A DNA stretch of 64,000 nucleotides from an uncultured Gammaproteobacteria bacterium (GTDB lineage Bacteria > Patescibacteriota > Patescibacteriia > Patescibacteriales > GWE2-39-37). Shown in pieces: positions 47,892 through 55,127 of the stretch; position 1 is the first letter of the stretch, and each line of letters opens with the position of its first letter. The stretch is from positions 196,021-260,020 of the forward strand of contig CAYUCS010000002.1 in NCBI GenBank assembly GCA_964443495.1, written 5' to 3'. The notes under the pieces were generated by a model. The model saw only the letters and a program-made list of their open reading frames with translations, was not told where the DNA came from and ran no database searches. Position numbers and translations under genes: made by a program.

Positions 47892-47983
47892 GTTTTGAAA
47901 TTTTAAATTTAAAATTTTAAATTTTTAAACCGCCAGTACGCAGCGGGCCTGCAAATGTCTCAGCTGACGGAAAAAATCAATGC

Positions 47984-48748
47984 CTACTTCTCTAATCCAA
48001 TCACTTCCCTGGCTAACCGCTCGTACGCTTTGCCGCCCTTGGAGTTCTTGTCATAATGCAGAATCGAGCGGCCGAACGACGGCGACTCGGCCAGACGGAC
48101 GCTGCGCGGAATCACTGAACGGAAAATACGATTCGGGAAATATTGATAAAGCTCCTGCATGACTGAATCGGACAAGCGGTTGCGCTTGTCGAACATGGTA
48201 ATGACCGCGCCCATAATTCCCAAATCCGGCTTCAGGTTGGCCTGCACCAGGTTGATAGTGTTAAGAAGCTGGCCCAAGCCTTCGAGCGCATAGTACTCGC
48301 TCTGGATCGGGATAAGCACCTCGTCCGAGGCGACCAAACTGTTAACGGTTAGTAAGCCGAGCGAAGGCGGGCCGTCGATTATGATATAGTCATATTCATC
48401 CTTGATCTCATCCAGAATCTGCTTCAAGCGGTATTCGCGCTCATCCATGCCGACCAGCTCGATACCGGCACCAGCCAACGAGGTGGTAGCCGGAGCCACA
48501 TGATAGCCCGATTGCATGGTCTGTTTCACGATATCGAATATCTCTTTTTCGCCAAGCAAAGCTTCATAAAGGCCGTGTTCCAAATTCTTGTGGTCGATAC
48601 CCAGTCCGGAAGTGGCATTGGCCTGCGGATCCAAATCAACCAAAAGGACCTGGCGGCCAAGGTGCGCCAAATAAGCCCCCAGATTGACTGCTGTGGTGGT
48701 CTTGCCGACTCCGCCTTTTTGATTGACTACTGAGATTATTTTGCCCAT
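47984..48748 (-). CDS. parA: ParA/Soj family partitioning ATPase
   Basis: 254 aa with deviant Walker A MGKIISVVNQKGGVGKTTTAVNLGAYLA, plus LLVDLDPQANAT and IIIDGPPSLG. Confidence 0.95.
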   Translation of the reverse strand: MGKIISVVNQKGGVGKTTTAVNLGAYLAHLGRQVLLVDLDPQANATSGLGIDHKNLEHGLYEALLGEKEIFDIVKQTMQSGYHVAPATTSLAGAGIELVGMDEREYRLKQILDEIKDEYDYIIIDGPPSLGLLTVNSLVASDEVLIPIQSEYYALEGLGQLLNTINLVQANLKPDLGIMGAVITMFDKRNRLSDSVMQELYQYFPNRIFRSVIPRSVRLAESPSFGRSILHYDKNSKGGKAYERLAREVIGLEK

Positions 48749-48809
48749 ATTAGCCCAAACTTCAAAATAAGGGTAAATCGACCCTTGATTCCGGCTTAAA
48801 TATAGCGTA

Positions 48810-48838
48810 ATTATAACCTAAAAAAAGGGCTTTGACAA
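48810..48838 (-). promoter_or_regulatory. Candidate parA promoter (TTGTCA-17-TATAAT)
   Basis: The minus strand reads TTGTCA, 17 nt, TATAAT. Its -35 overlaps the -35 of the divergent tRNA promoter, offset by 1 nt. Confidence 0.55.
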
Positions 48839-48860
48839 TTTATATTTCCTTTATTATAAT
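48832..48860 (+). promoter_or_regulatory. Consensus sigma70 promoter of tRNA-Leu (TTGACA-17-TATAAT)
   Basis: TTGACA at 48832..48837, exactly 17 nt of spacer, TATAAT at 48855..48860. The tRNA starts 41 nt downstream of the -10. Confidence 0.8.
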
Positions 48861-48900
48861 ACTATAAAAGCTGGCATGTGCCCGTTTTTTTGTGAAATTA

Positions 48901-48984
48901 GCCTGGGTGGTGAAACTGGTAAACGCGCACGACTCAAAATCGTGTGGGAGTGATCCCTTGAGGGTTCGAGTCCCTCCCTAGGCA
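48901..48984 (+). tRNA. tRNA-Leu (anticodon CAA), class II with a long variable arm; CCA not encoded
   Basis: Manual cloverleaf. Acceptor gcctggg/cctaggc (one G-U). Anticodon stem cacga/tcgtg with loop ctCAAaa (CAA at 48935..48937). Variable arm ggga-gtga-tccc. T arm gaggg-ttcgagt-ccctc. Discriminator A. Confidence 0.9.
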
Positions 48985-48992
48985 CAAAAATG

Positions 48993-49023
48993 AAAATGTC
49001 CCGAATGGGGCATTTTTATTTTT
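48993..49023 (+). terminator. Rho-independent terminator after tRNA-Leu
   Basis: Stem aatgtccc / ggggcatt (one G-U) with loop gaat, followed by TTTTATTTTT. Confidence 0.75.
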
Positions 49024-49145
49024 GTGTTTAGGGAGTGCGAGAATTCTCCCTTGAGATAGACTGATGTTTGAAAAACTAGTGACTTGTTTAAAGATATTTC
49101 AAGTAAAAACTATTCAGAAATGATAAGTGAAGGGGCTTCCGCCCC

Positions 49146-49168
49146 GTTCGAGTCCCTCCCTAGGCACA
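49146..49168 (+). repeat. Exact 23-nt direct repeat of the tRNA-Leu 3' end (T-loop to discriminator); att-like scar or remnant
   Basis: gttcgagtccctccctaggcaca at 49146..49168 is identical to 48964..48986. The preceding bases cannot form the 5' half of a T stem, so it is not a second tRNA. Confidence 0.85.
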
Positions 49169-49213
49169 CATAAACATAAAGCACCCCTAGTAGGGGTGCT
49201 TTATGTTTATGTG
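49167..49213. repeat. Perfect 21-bp inverted repeat (hairpin, 5-nt loop)
   Basis: cacataaacataaagcacccc (49167..49187), loop tagta, ggggtgctttatgtttatgtg (49193..49213). It is followed on the + strand by TATTTTG, so it could act as a terminator. It is flanked by 14-nt inverted arms cccgttcgagtccc (49143..49156) and gggactcgaacggg (49225..49238). Confidence 0.85.
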
Positions 49214-49224
49214 TATTTTGAAAT

Positions 49225-49365
49225 GGGACTCGAACGGGCAGCAGTGAACAAGAGGCTGCTCAGCAGAGCAGCCTCGCAGTGAACGCCGATGAATGCGACC
49301 AGCATTCAGCGCTGCCCTGGGCAACGAACAAGCCCGCGGCGGCGGGCTTGTGAGGCGGAAGTCCC
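49225..49365. ncRNA. Candidate structured RNA or element of unknown class (multi-hairpin, ~140 nt)
   Basis: Nested complementarity read directly. Closing stem gggact/agtccc (49225..49230 with 49360..49365). Stem gggcagc/gctgccc (49236..49242 with 49311..49317) encloses hairpins gaggctgct-cagcag-agcagcctc (49252..49275) and tgaatgc-gacca-gcattca (49290..49308). A third hairpin is caagcccgc-ggcg-gcgggcttg (49329..49350). No plausible coding potential. Strand and class are undetermined. Confidence 0.3.
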
Positions 49366-49402
49366 GACTTACCTTGCCATTCAGCGCAAATATTCTGATA
49401 AT

Positions 49403-49430
49403 AAAAACATCCGAAATTCGGATGTTTTTT
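49403..49430. terminator. Bidirectional rho-independent terminator (3' of the AI-2E transporter gene and of the structured region)
   Basis: Palindromic stem aacatccgaa / ttcggatgtt flanked by an A-run and a T-run, giving a U-tract in either orientation. Confidence 0.8.
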
Positions 49431-49449
49431 ATTATTTCCAAAAAGTATT

Positions 49450-50505
49450 TTATTCGAAATCCGGCTCAGACCGCTCCCCTCTCCGGCGCGCCAACACGTC
49501 GCCGATAAATACGCTGATGGCGGCTGCCACTGGAATGGATAGGATGGCCCCGGGTATGCCGCCGACATTGAAGCCGATCATGAAAACCACGATACTGATG
49601 ATCGGATTAAGCCCGATCGTCTTCTGCATGATTTTAGGCACCAAAACATTGTTCTCAATCAGTTGGGTGATATAAAAGAAGATTGCTACAAAAACTGCCA
49701 AGATCGGCGATTGGGTGAATGCCAAAAATACTGCCGGTACCGCACCCAAAGTCGGACCGATATACGGAATGGCTTCGCTAATGCCGGCAATCAAGGCCAG
49801 TACCAAAGCATAATTGACCTTCATTATAGTCAACCCAGGCCATACCATGAAGAAGATTATCAGACACAAGATTAGCTGGCCGCGAAGCCACAAACCGATC
49901 TTCTTCTGCATCCGATTAACCAAATCAAGGATATACTGCTGGTTATGCACGGGGGTGATCAGCCAGACCAGACGCTTGATCGCGTTCTCTTCGACCGTCA
50001 TATAAAAAGTGATAACCAAAACTAAGATAGTCGAAAAGATGCCGCCAAAGATACTGAAAACGAAACCGAAGATATTGCCGGCCGCGCCTGACAGATTGGA
50101 ATTGAAGGAGTTAAGATTGCTGGTTAGCGTATCGGAAATGCCCGCCTTGATCGAAAAATCTTTGATGCTGTCGAACAACTGGGTCAGCTTTTCCTGGTAA
50201 TGAGGGTAATTTTGGGAAAAAGCGCCGATTTCCTTGGCGATCGGCGGAGTAATCATATAGACCGCTGATCCTAGGACAAAGAACAAAGCCAGGTAAATCA
50301 GCAGGATGCCCAACGAACGCGGGATTCTCTTTTTCTGGAGCCAATCGACCCAGGGATCAACCGCGCTGGCCAAAACCAGGGAAATAAATAGGATCATCAG
50401 GATGTCCCGAACAAAATACAGGAAATACACCAGCAAAGCGACACCGACCACTTTGAACATGGTTTTGGTGCTGATATTTATCTCTGGAATCTTATTCAAT
50501 GTCAT
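49450..50505 (-). CDS. AI-2E family transporter (PerM/YhhT-like, UPF0118)
   Basis: Polytopic membrane protein with the family-typical C-terminal region GISEAIPYIGPTLGAVPAVFLAF..LVPKIMQKTIGLNPIISIVVFMIG. I place the start at ATG 50505 (MTLNKIPE...) because TATAAT (50512..50517) lies 6 nt upstream and a terminator occupies 50550..50577. The ORF-track start at 50568 falls inside that terminator. Confidence 0.8.
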   Translation of the reverse strand: MTLNKIPEINISTKTMFKVVGVALLVYFLYFVRDILMILFISLVLASAVDPWVDWLQKKRIPRSLGILLIYLALFFVLGSAVYMITPPIAKEIGAFSQNYPHYQEKLTQLFDSIKDFSIKAGISDTLTSNLNSFNSNLSGAAGNIFGFVFSIFGGIFSTILVLVITFYMTVEENAIKRLVWLITPVHNQQYILDLVNRMQKKIGLWLRGQLILCLIIFFMVWPGLTIMKVNYALVLALIAGISEAIPYIGPTLGAVPAVFLAFTQSPILAVFVAIFFYITQLIENNVLVPKIMQKTIGLNPIISIVVFMIGFNVGGIPGAILSIPVAAAISVFIGDVLARRRGERSEPDFE

Positions 50506-50549
50506 GTCTATATTATATGACAATAATCGCGGGTGCACAACAAAGCGGC

Positions 50550-50577
50550 AAAAAAAGAACCCCTTCAAGGAAGGGGC
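50550..50577 (-). terminator. Rho-independent terminator overlapping the stop codon of the 105-aa ORF
   Basis: The minus strand reads ccccttc-ctt-gaagggg followed by TTCTTTTTTT. The TGA stop (50565..50567) spans the loop and 3' arm of the hairpin (ccTTGAagggg). Confidence 0.75.
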
Positions 50578-50882
50578 CTAAGGCGGTAATATCGTCCGCT
50601 GATTTTGGTTCGTCGGCAGGCTGGGCAGGTTTTGGCTGGGCCGCCATGATGGCAGTTGCCCTCTTGGGGTAAAGATTGTTCATCCAGGTTCATAGCTGGA
50701 ACAGCTTTGCCATAGGCAAGAATGAGCAGAAGGGCGCCATAAACGATGGCTGAAATGATCAGCCAGAAAGTCAGCCGGTCATCGCCGTCATAAAAAAAGA
50801 ACATCCCGATTTCATGCCTTAATCCGTTAGCAATCAGTCCTGAAATGAAAATCGACATTCCGGCAATCTTGATCCGCCTCAT
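50565..50882 (-). CDS. Small two-helix membrane protein with a Cys/His-containing C-terminal tail (105 aa)
   Basis: ATG at 50882 is preceded by AAAGGAG with 5-nt spacing. A candidate promoter TTGACA-17-CAAAAT lies at 50922..50950. Two hydrophobic helices (IAGMSIFISGLIANGL and FWLIISAIVYGALLLILAY) and a tail NCHHGGPAKTCPAC. No family recognised. Confidence 0.55.
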   Translation of the reverse strand: MRRIKIAGMSIFISGLIANGLRHEIGMFFFYDGDDRLTFWLIISAIVYGALLLILAYGKAVPAMNLDEQSLPQEGNCHHGGPAKTCPACRRTKISGRYYRLRPLP

Positions 50883-50995
50883 ATAGGCTCCTTTCAGGGT
50901 CATATTTGCTGCCGATTCTCAATTTTGCTACAAAATAGCACCCTTGTCAATAAATGAGCCAGGGGGTTCAAAACCAGCCCGCCAAAGCTCGTCTT

Positions 50996-51036
50996 ACAAA
51001 AAACAGGGGCGGAATGGAATTCTGCCCCTGTTTTTA
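50996..51036 (-). terminator. Rho-independent terminator downstream of groEL
   Basis: Stem acaggggc / gcccctgt with a 13-nt loop and TTTTTTG on the minus strand. Confidence 0.75.
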
Positions 51037-51052
51037 TATATAGAAACTGATT

Positions 51053-52744
<1,692 letters not shown>

Positions 52745-52854
52745 TCATATATCATACAGCATGCAACAAAATATTATTTATTCTTTTTCAAAAATCATGG
52801 TCGCATTTTGTGCAACATGCAAGAACCACCGTGTTGCATGTTACACGCTACACG

Positions 52855-53142
52855 TTACATGATAACCGCCACTACGTCCCCCTCGCGGATGATCAGGTAC
52901 TCCTGCCCTTCGATCTTGACCTCGTCCGGCGAGTACTTCTTGAACATCACCTTATCGCCAACCTTGACGCTCATTGGGGCGCGCTGGCCGGTCTCGAGCA
53001 TCTTGCCTTCGCCGACGGCGACGACTTCGCCTTGCTGCGGCCTTTCCTTAGAAACGGTATCCGGCAGGACGATGCCGGACTTGGTCACCTCTTCGGTAAC
53101 CGCCTTGACTACCAGGTAGTCAGAAAGTGGTTTGATATTCAT
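52855..53142 (-). CDS. groS: Co-chaperonin GroES (Cpn10)
   Basis: 95 aa. MNIKPLSDYLVVKAV...KSGIVLPDT...GEVVAVGEGK...VGDKVMFKKY. Confidence 0.95.
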   Translation of the reverse strand: MNIKPLSDYLVVKAVTEEVTKSGIVLPDTVSKERPQQGEVVAVGEGKMLETGQRAPMSVKVGDKVMFKKYSPDEVKIEGQEYLIIREGDVVAVIM

Positions 53143-53221
53143 ACATTTGCGTCGTGCAACTTTGGGCCTGCAATAAATCAGGCCACATTTGCACTAAAAT
53201 TAAATAGATTTCAAAAAGAAA

Positions 53222-53248
53222 TTAGCACTTATAAATAATGAGTGCTAA
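53222..53248. promoter_or_regulatory. CIRCE operator (HrcA binding site) upstream of groES
   Basis: TTAGCACTT-ataaataat-GAGTGCTAA matches the consensus TTAGCACTC-N9-GAGTGCTAA with one mismatch. It lies 80 nt upstream of the groES ATG, immediately downstream of the promoter -10. Confidence 0.85.
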
Positions 53249-53252
53249 CCGT

Positions 53253-53280
53253 ATTTTAGCACGGCCGGGTAACCTGTCAA
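53253..53280 (-). promoter_or_regulatory. groES-groEL sigma70-type promoter (TTGACA-16-TAAAAT with TGC extension)
   Basis: The minus strand reads TTGACA (53280..53275), 16 nt, TGC-TAAAAT (53258..53253). CIRCE starts 5 nt downstream. Confidence 0.7.
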
Positions 53281-53291
53281 GATTCCCTGAA

Positions 53292-53324
53292 ATAAAAAAC
53301 GACCCGGGAGTTCCGCACCGGGTC
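53292..53324 (-). terminator. Rho-independent terminator of the CA-like operon
   Basis: Stem gacccgg / ccgggtc followed on the minus strand by GTTTTTTATTT. Confidence 0.75.
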
Positions 53325-53331
53325 ATGCATT

Positions 53332-53469
53332 CTAGCCAGCCAATTTCCTGGCCAACTTTTCAATCCGTTCAAACAAGGCATCGAGCGGCCGCCAGCTATG
53401 CAGCAGGTCGATCAAGCCCCAGACAATAAATATGAGCGCGAGCGGCCCATACATCTTCAAAAGAATCAT
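53332..53469 (-). CDS. 45-aa single-helix membrane peptide co-transcribed with the CA-like gene
   Basis: Below the 60-aa cut-off of the track. ATG at 53469 lies 12 nt after the upstream TAA and is preceded by GGGAGGAGG. Translation: MILLKMYGPLALIFIVWGLIDLLHSWRPLDALFERIEKLARKLAG. TAG at 53334..53332, terminator immediately downstream. Confidence 0.6.
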   Translation of the reverse strand: MILLKMYGPLALIFIVWGLIDLLHSWRPLDALFERIEKLARKLAG

Positions 53470-53481
53470 ACCTCCTCCCGG

Positions 53482-54555
53482 TTATTCGATGACCTTGAAC
53501 ATCCGATCATCAAGATTAGTGACAGTAGTCAGCGGATGCATGTACCCGAGCATGTCGGGGTAATCCTTCATGATCTTCAGTCCGAGCTTGCGATAGCCGA
53601 GAGCCCTCTCCCTGGCACGGTCGAAGGTCAGGCCGTTTTCGTTGCCGAAAGCGGCAGTGGATAAGAGAACAAAACCGTCCTCTTTCTTGATCCGCCCGTC
53701 AGCGATATTGTGCTGGACGACGCCGATCGCCTCGCGTATGGCCTCTTCCGGTTCGTCTGAATACATCCCGACGATCAATGCCAGATTAGGCTCATAGATC
53801 GAATCCGCGCCGCGACCGATGACGATGACCCTTTCCTTGTGGTCTAGGTCGGCTATCGGCCGGTTCGAGCTTCGAACCTCAGCTGTGTGTTCCATGTTCT
53901 TCTGTGCCATGAAGCACAGATCACCGATGGCGCTGCTGGGTTTCTTGGGGAGAATCTTCCTGAACTCAGCCAAGAGAAATCTTTTGAGCTCGCTCTCAGA
54001 ACAGAAGTTACTGATGTCCAGCGCGCCCAAGTCGAGCTTGTCGCCTTTGTCCCCATGAAAGACCAGAGAGTCTTCATCAGTTTCCAGTCCGACTACGATC
54101 GGAATCATCGATTCCGTGTTGTCGCCATAGACGCGCCTGAACTGCTCTTGCAGTCCGAACATGCCAGCGATGGCCGCCTCTTTGTCAAAATTGAAGCCCT
54201 TACAGCCGCGAAACTTGTCTCCCTTTGACCAGTGATAGTTCAGCATGGCCAAACTGCCCTTGCCCTCCTCTTTCAAGTGGTGCATGTAGCAGCGGAAAAC
54301 CGCCTCGTCGAATTTCTCCCACTCCAGATTGAAGCGGGCACCCAGGTTGCGGAAATGCTTGCCGACTCCGACCGGCACCTTGGTGACTTTCGGGATATCG
54401 ACGCGGCTGTCCATGCAGACGACCCACATCTTGAAATACTTTTCTTTGGCCCGGTAAAAGAGCCGGTTAGACCTCGCGGTGGCGCTAGCGAAAAGCTTGG
54501 AACAGCGCCGGTTGATGTTGATTACTTCTTGGACCAGTGTCGGACGATTCAGCAT
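53482..54555 (-). CDS. Carbonic-anhydrase-like protein with a beta-CA CxDxR motif and extended His...Cys spacing (CsoSCA/DabA-like), 357 aa
   Basis: VVCMDSRVD (Cys-x-Asp-x-Arg, nt 54403..54417) is the beta-class CA active-site signature. NYHWSKGDKFRGC supplies a His (54232..54234) 61 residues later and a Cys (54202..54204) 10 residues after that. This resembles the Cys/His/Cys spacing reported for CsoSCA rather than the canonical HxxC. Start placed at ATG 54555, preceded by AGGAGGG; the track start at 54630 has no SD and lies ~25 nt from the predicted transcription start. Confidence 0.5.
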   Translation of the reverse strand: MLNRPTLVQEVININRRCSKLFASATARSNRLFYRAKEKYFKMWVVCMDSRVDIPKVTKVPVGVGKHFRNLGARFNLEWEKFDEAVFRCYMHHLKEEGKGSLAMLNYHWSKGDKFRGCKGFNFDKEAAIAGMFGLQEQFRRVYGDNTESMIPIVVGLETDEDSLVFHGDKGDKLDLGALDISNFCSESELKRFLLAEFRKILPKKPSSAIGDLCFMAQKNMEHTAEVRSSNRPIADLDHKERVIVIGRGADSIYEPNLALIVGMYSDEPEEAIREAIGVVQHNIADGRIKKEDGFVLLSTAAFGNENGLTFDRARERALGYRKLGLKIMKDYPDMLGYMHPLTTVTNLDDRMFKVIE

Positions 54556-54659
54556 GTTTTCCCTCCTGTGGTTTGCTGGTTTTGTGGTTGGGTTGGATTT
54601 ATGTTCTTTTTGAACGTAACGAAATTTCAATGATCATACCACTTTCATGATAATATTTA

Positions 54660-54688
54660 ATATTACCACAAAAATGGCATTCTGTCAA
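54660..54688 (-). promoter_or_regulatory. Promoter of the CA-like operon (TTGACA-17-TAATAT with TGG extension)
   Basis: The minus strand reads TTGACA (54688..54683), a 17-nt spacer ending in TGG, then TAATAT (54665..54660). Confidence 0.7.
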
Positions 54689-54825
54689 TATATTAGCCTC
54701 ATAATTGGCTAATAACTGGCAAAATAAAAATGCAGTACAGACACTGCACAACTTCTAATGCTACTACTCTTATTGGAATAGTCAAGGGTATTTTGGTGGA
54801 TAACTGAATTAATCGTTAAACATAC

Positions 54826-54854
54826 TTGACACATTTTAAAAAGTATGCTATATT
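54826..54854 (+). promoter_or_regulatory. Near-consensus promoter of the 36-aa ORF (TTGACA-17-TATATT with TGC extension)
   Basis: TTGACA at 54826..54831, 17-nt spacer ending in TGC, TATATT at 54849..54854. Confidence 0.7.
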
Positions 54855-54891
54855 ATTAATAGTTGAACAATAAAAACTTGGAGGAACAAAG

Positions 54892-55002
54892 ATGATCTGG
54901 CATTCAATTCAGCAAATGAGTGGATACTTCACCACAATCGGCGCAGCTCTGTTCGTTTTCGGAGTCTATCAATTCCAAGGACTCTTCCTCAAAGAGTATT
55001 AA
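54892..55002 (+). CDS. 36-aa hydrophobic small protein
   Basis: Below the track cut-off. GGAGGA (54880..54885) lies 6 nt upstream of the ATG. Translation: MIWHSIQQMSGYFTTIGAALFVFGVYQFQGLFLKEY. It has its own promoter and terminator and is one of only two plus-strand genes in the window. Confidence 0.55.
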   Translation: MIWHSIQQMSGYFTTIGAALFVFGVYQFQGLFLKEY

Positions 55003-55027
55003 CCGAACTTTCAAGTTCAACTCGCAC

Positions 55028-55057
55028 AGCCCCAAAGAACCGGGGCTTATTTTTTTA
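55028..55057 (+). terminator. Rho-independent terminator after the 36-aa ORF
   Basis: Stem agcccc / ggggct with an 8-nt loop, followed by TATTTTTTT. Confidence 0.7.
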
Positions 55058-55074
55058 CAAAAAATCATCCGCAT

Positions 55075-55107
55075 AAAAACAGCCGCATCGTTCGATGCGG
55101 CTGTTTT
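55075..55107. terminator. Bidirectional terminator; ends the Ehr-like operon on the minus strand
   Basis: Stem acagccgcat / atgcggctgt (10-12 bp) flanked by AAAAA and TTTT, 20 nt downstream of the large-subunit stop (55128). Confidence 0.8.
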
Positions 55108-55127
55108 CTATTTGAAACTTCTTTCAT

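Noticed and set aside
47016-48748. Search for a canonical parS site (TGTTTCACGTGAAACA) in or near parAB
   Set aside because: I found no match or near match by eye, only cgtttcaac within parB. I cannot exclude one elsewhere without a computed scan.
49060-49169. Possible second tRNA ending with the duplicated ...gttcgagtccctccctaggca
   Set aside because: The bases 5' of the T-loop (gcccc) cannot pair with ccctc to form a T stem. No complementary 5' acceptor strand, D arm or anticodon arm could be found upstream.
49350-49370. gaggcggaagtcccgac resembles the RNase P RNA CR-I motif GAGGAAAGUCC
   Set aside because: It is only a partial match. There is no room for a ~350-nt RNase P RNA, because a terminator lies at 49403 and a coding gene starts at 49450. 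The other conserved regions were not seen.
49187-49675. ORFs 49187..49441(-), 49260..49568(-), 49289..49675(+) and 49293..49508(+)
   Set aside because: They span the hairpin-dense non-coding region, a bidirectional terminator and the 3' end of the transporter gene. They have no SD and their translations are low-complexity.
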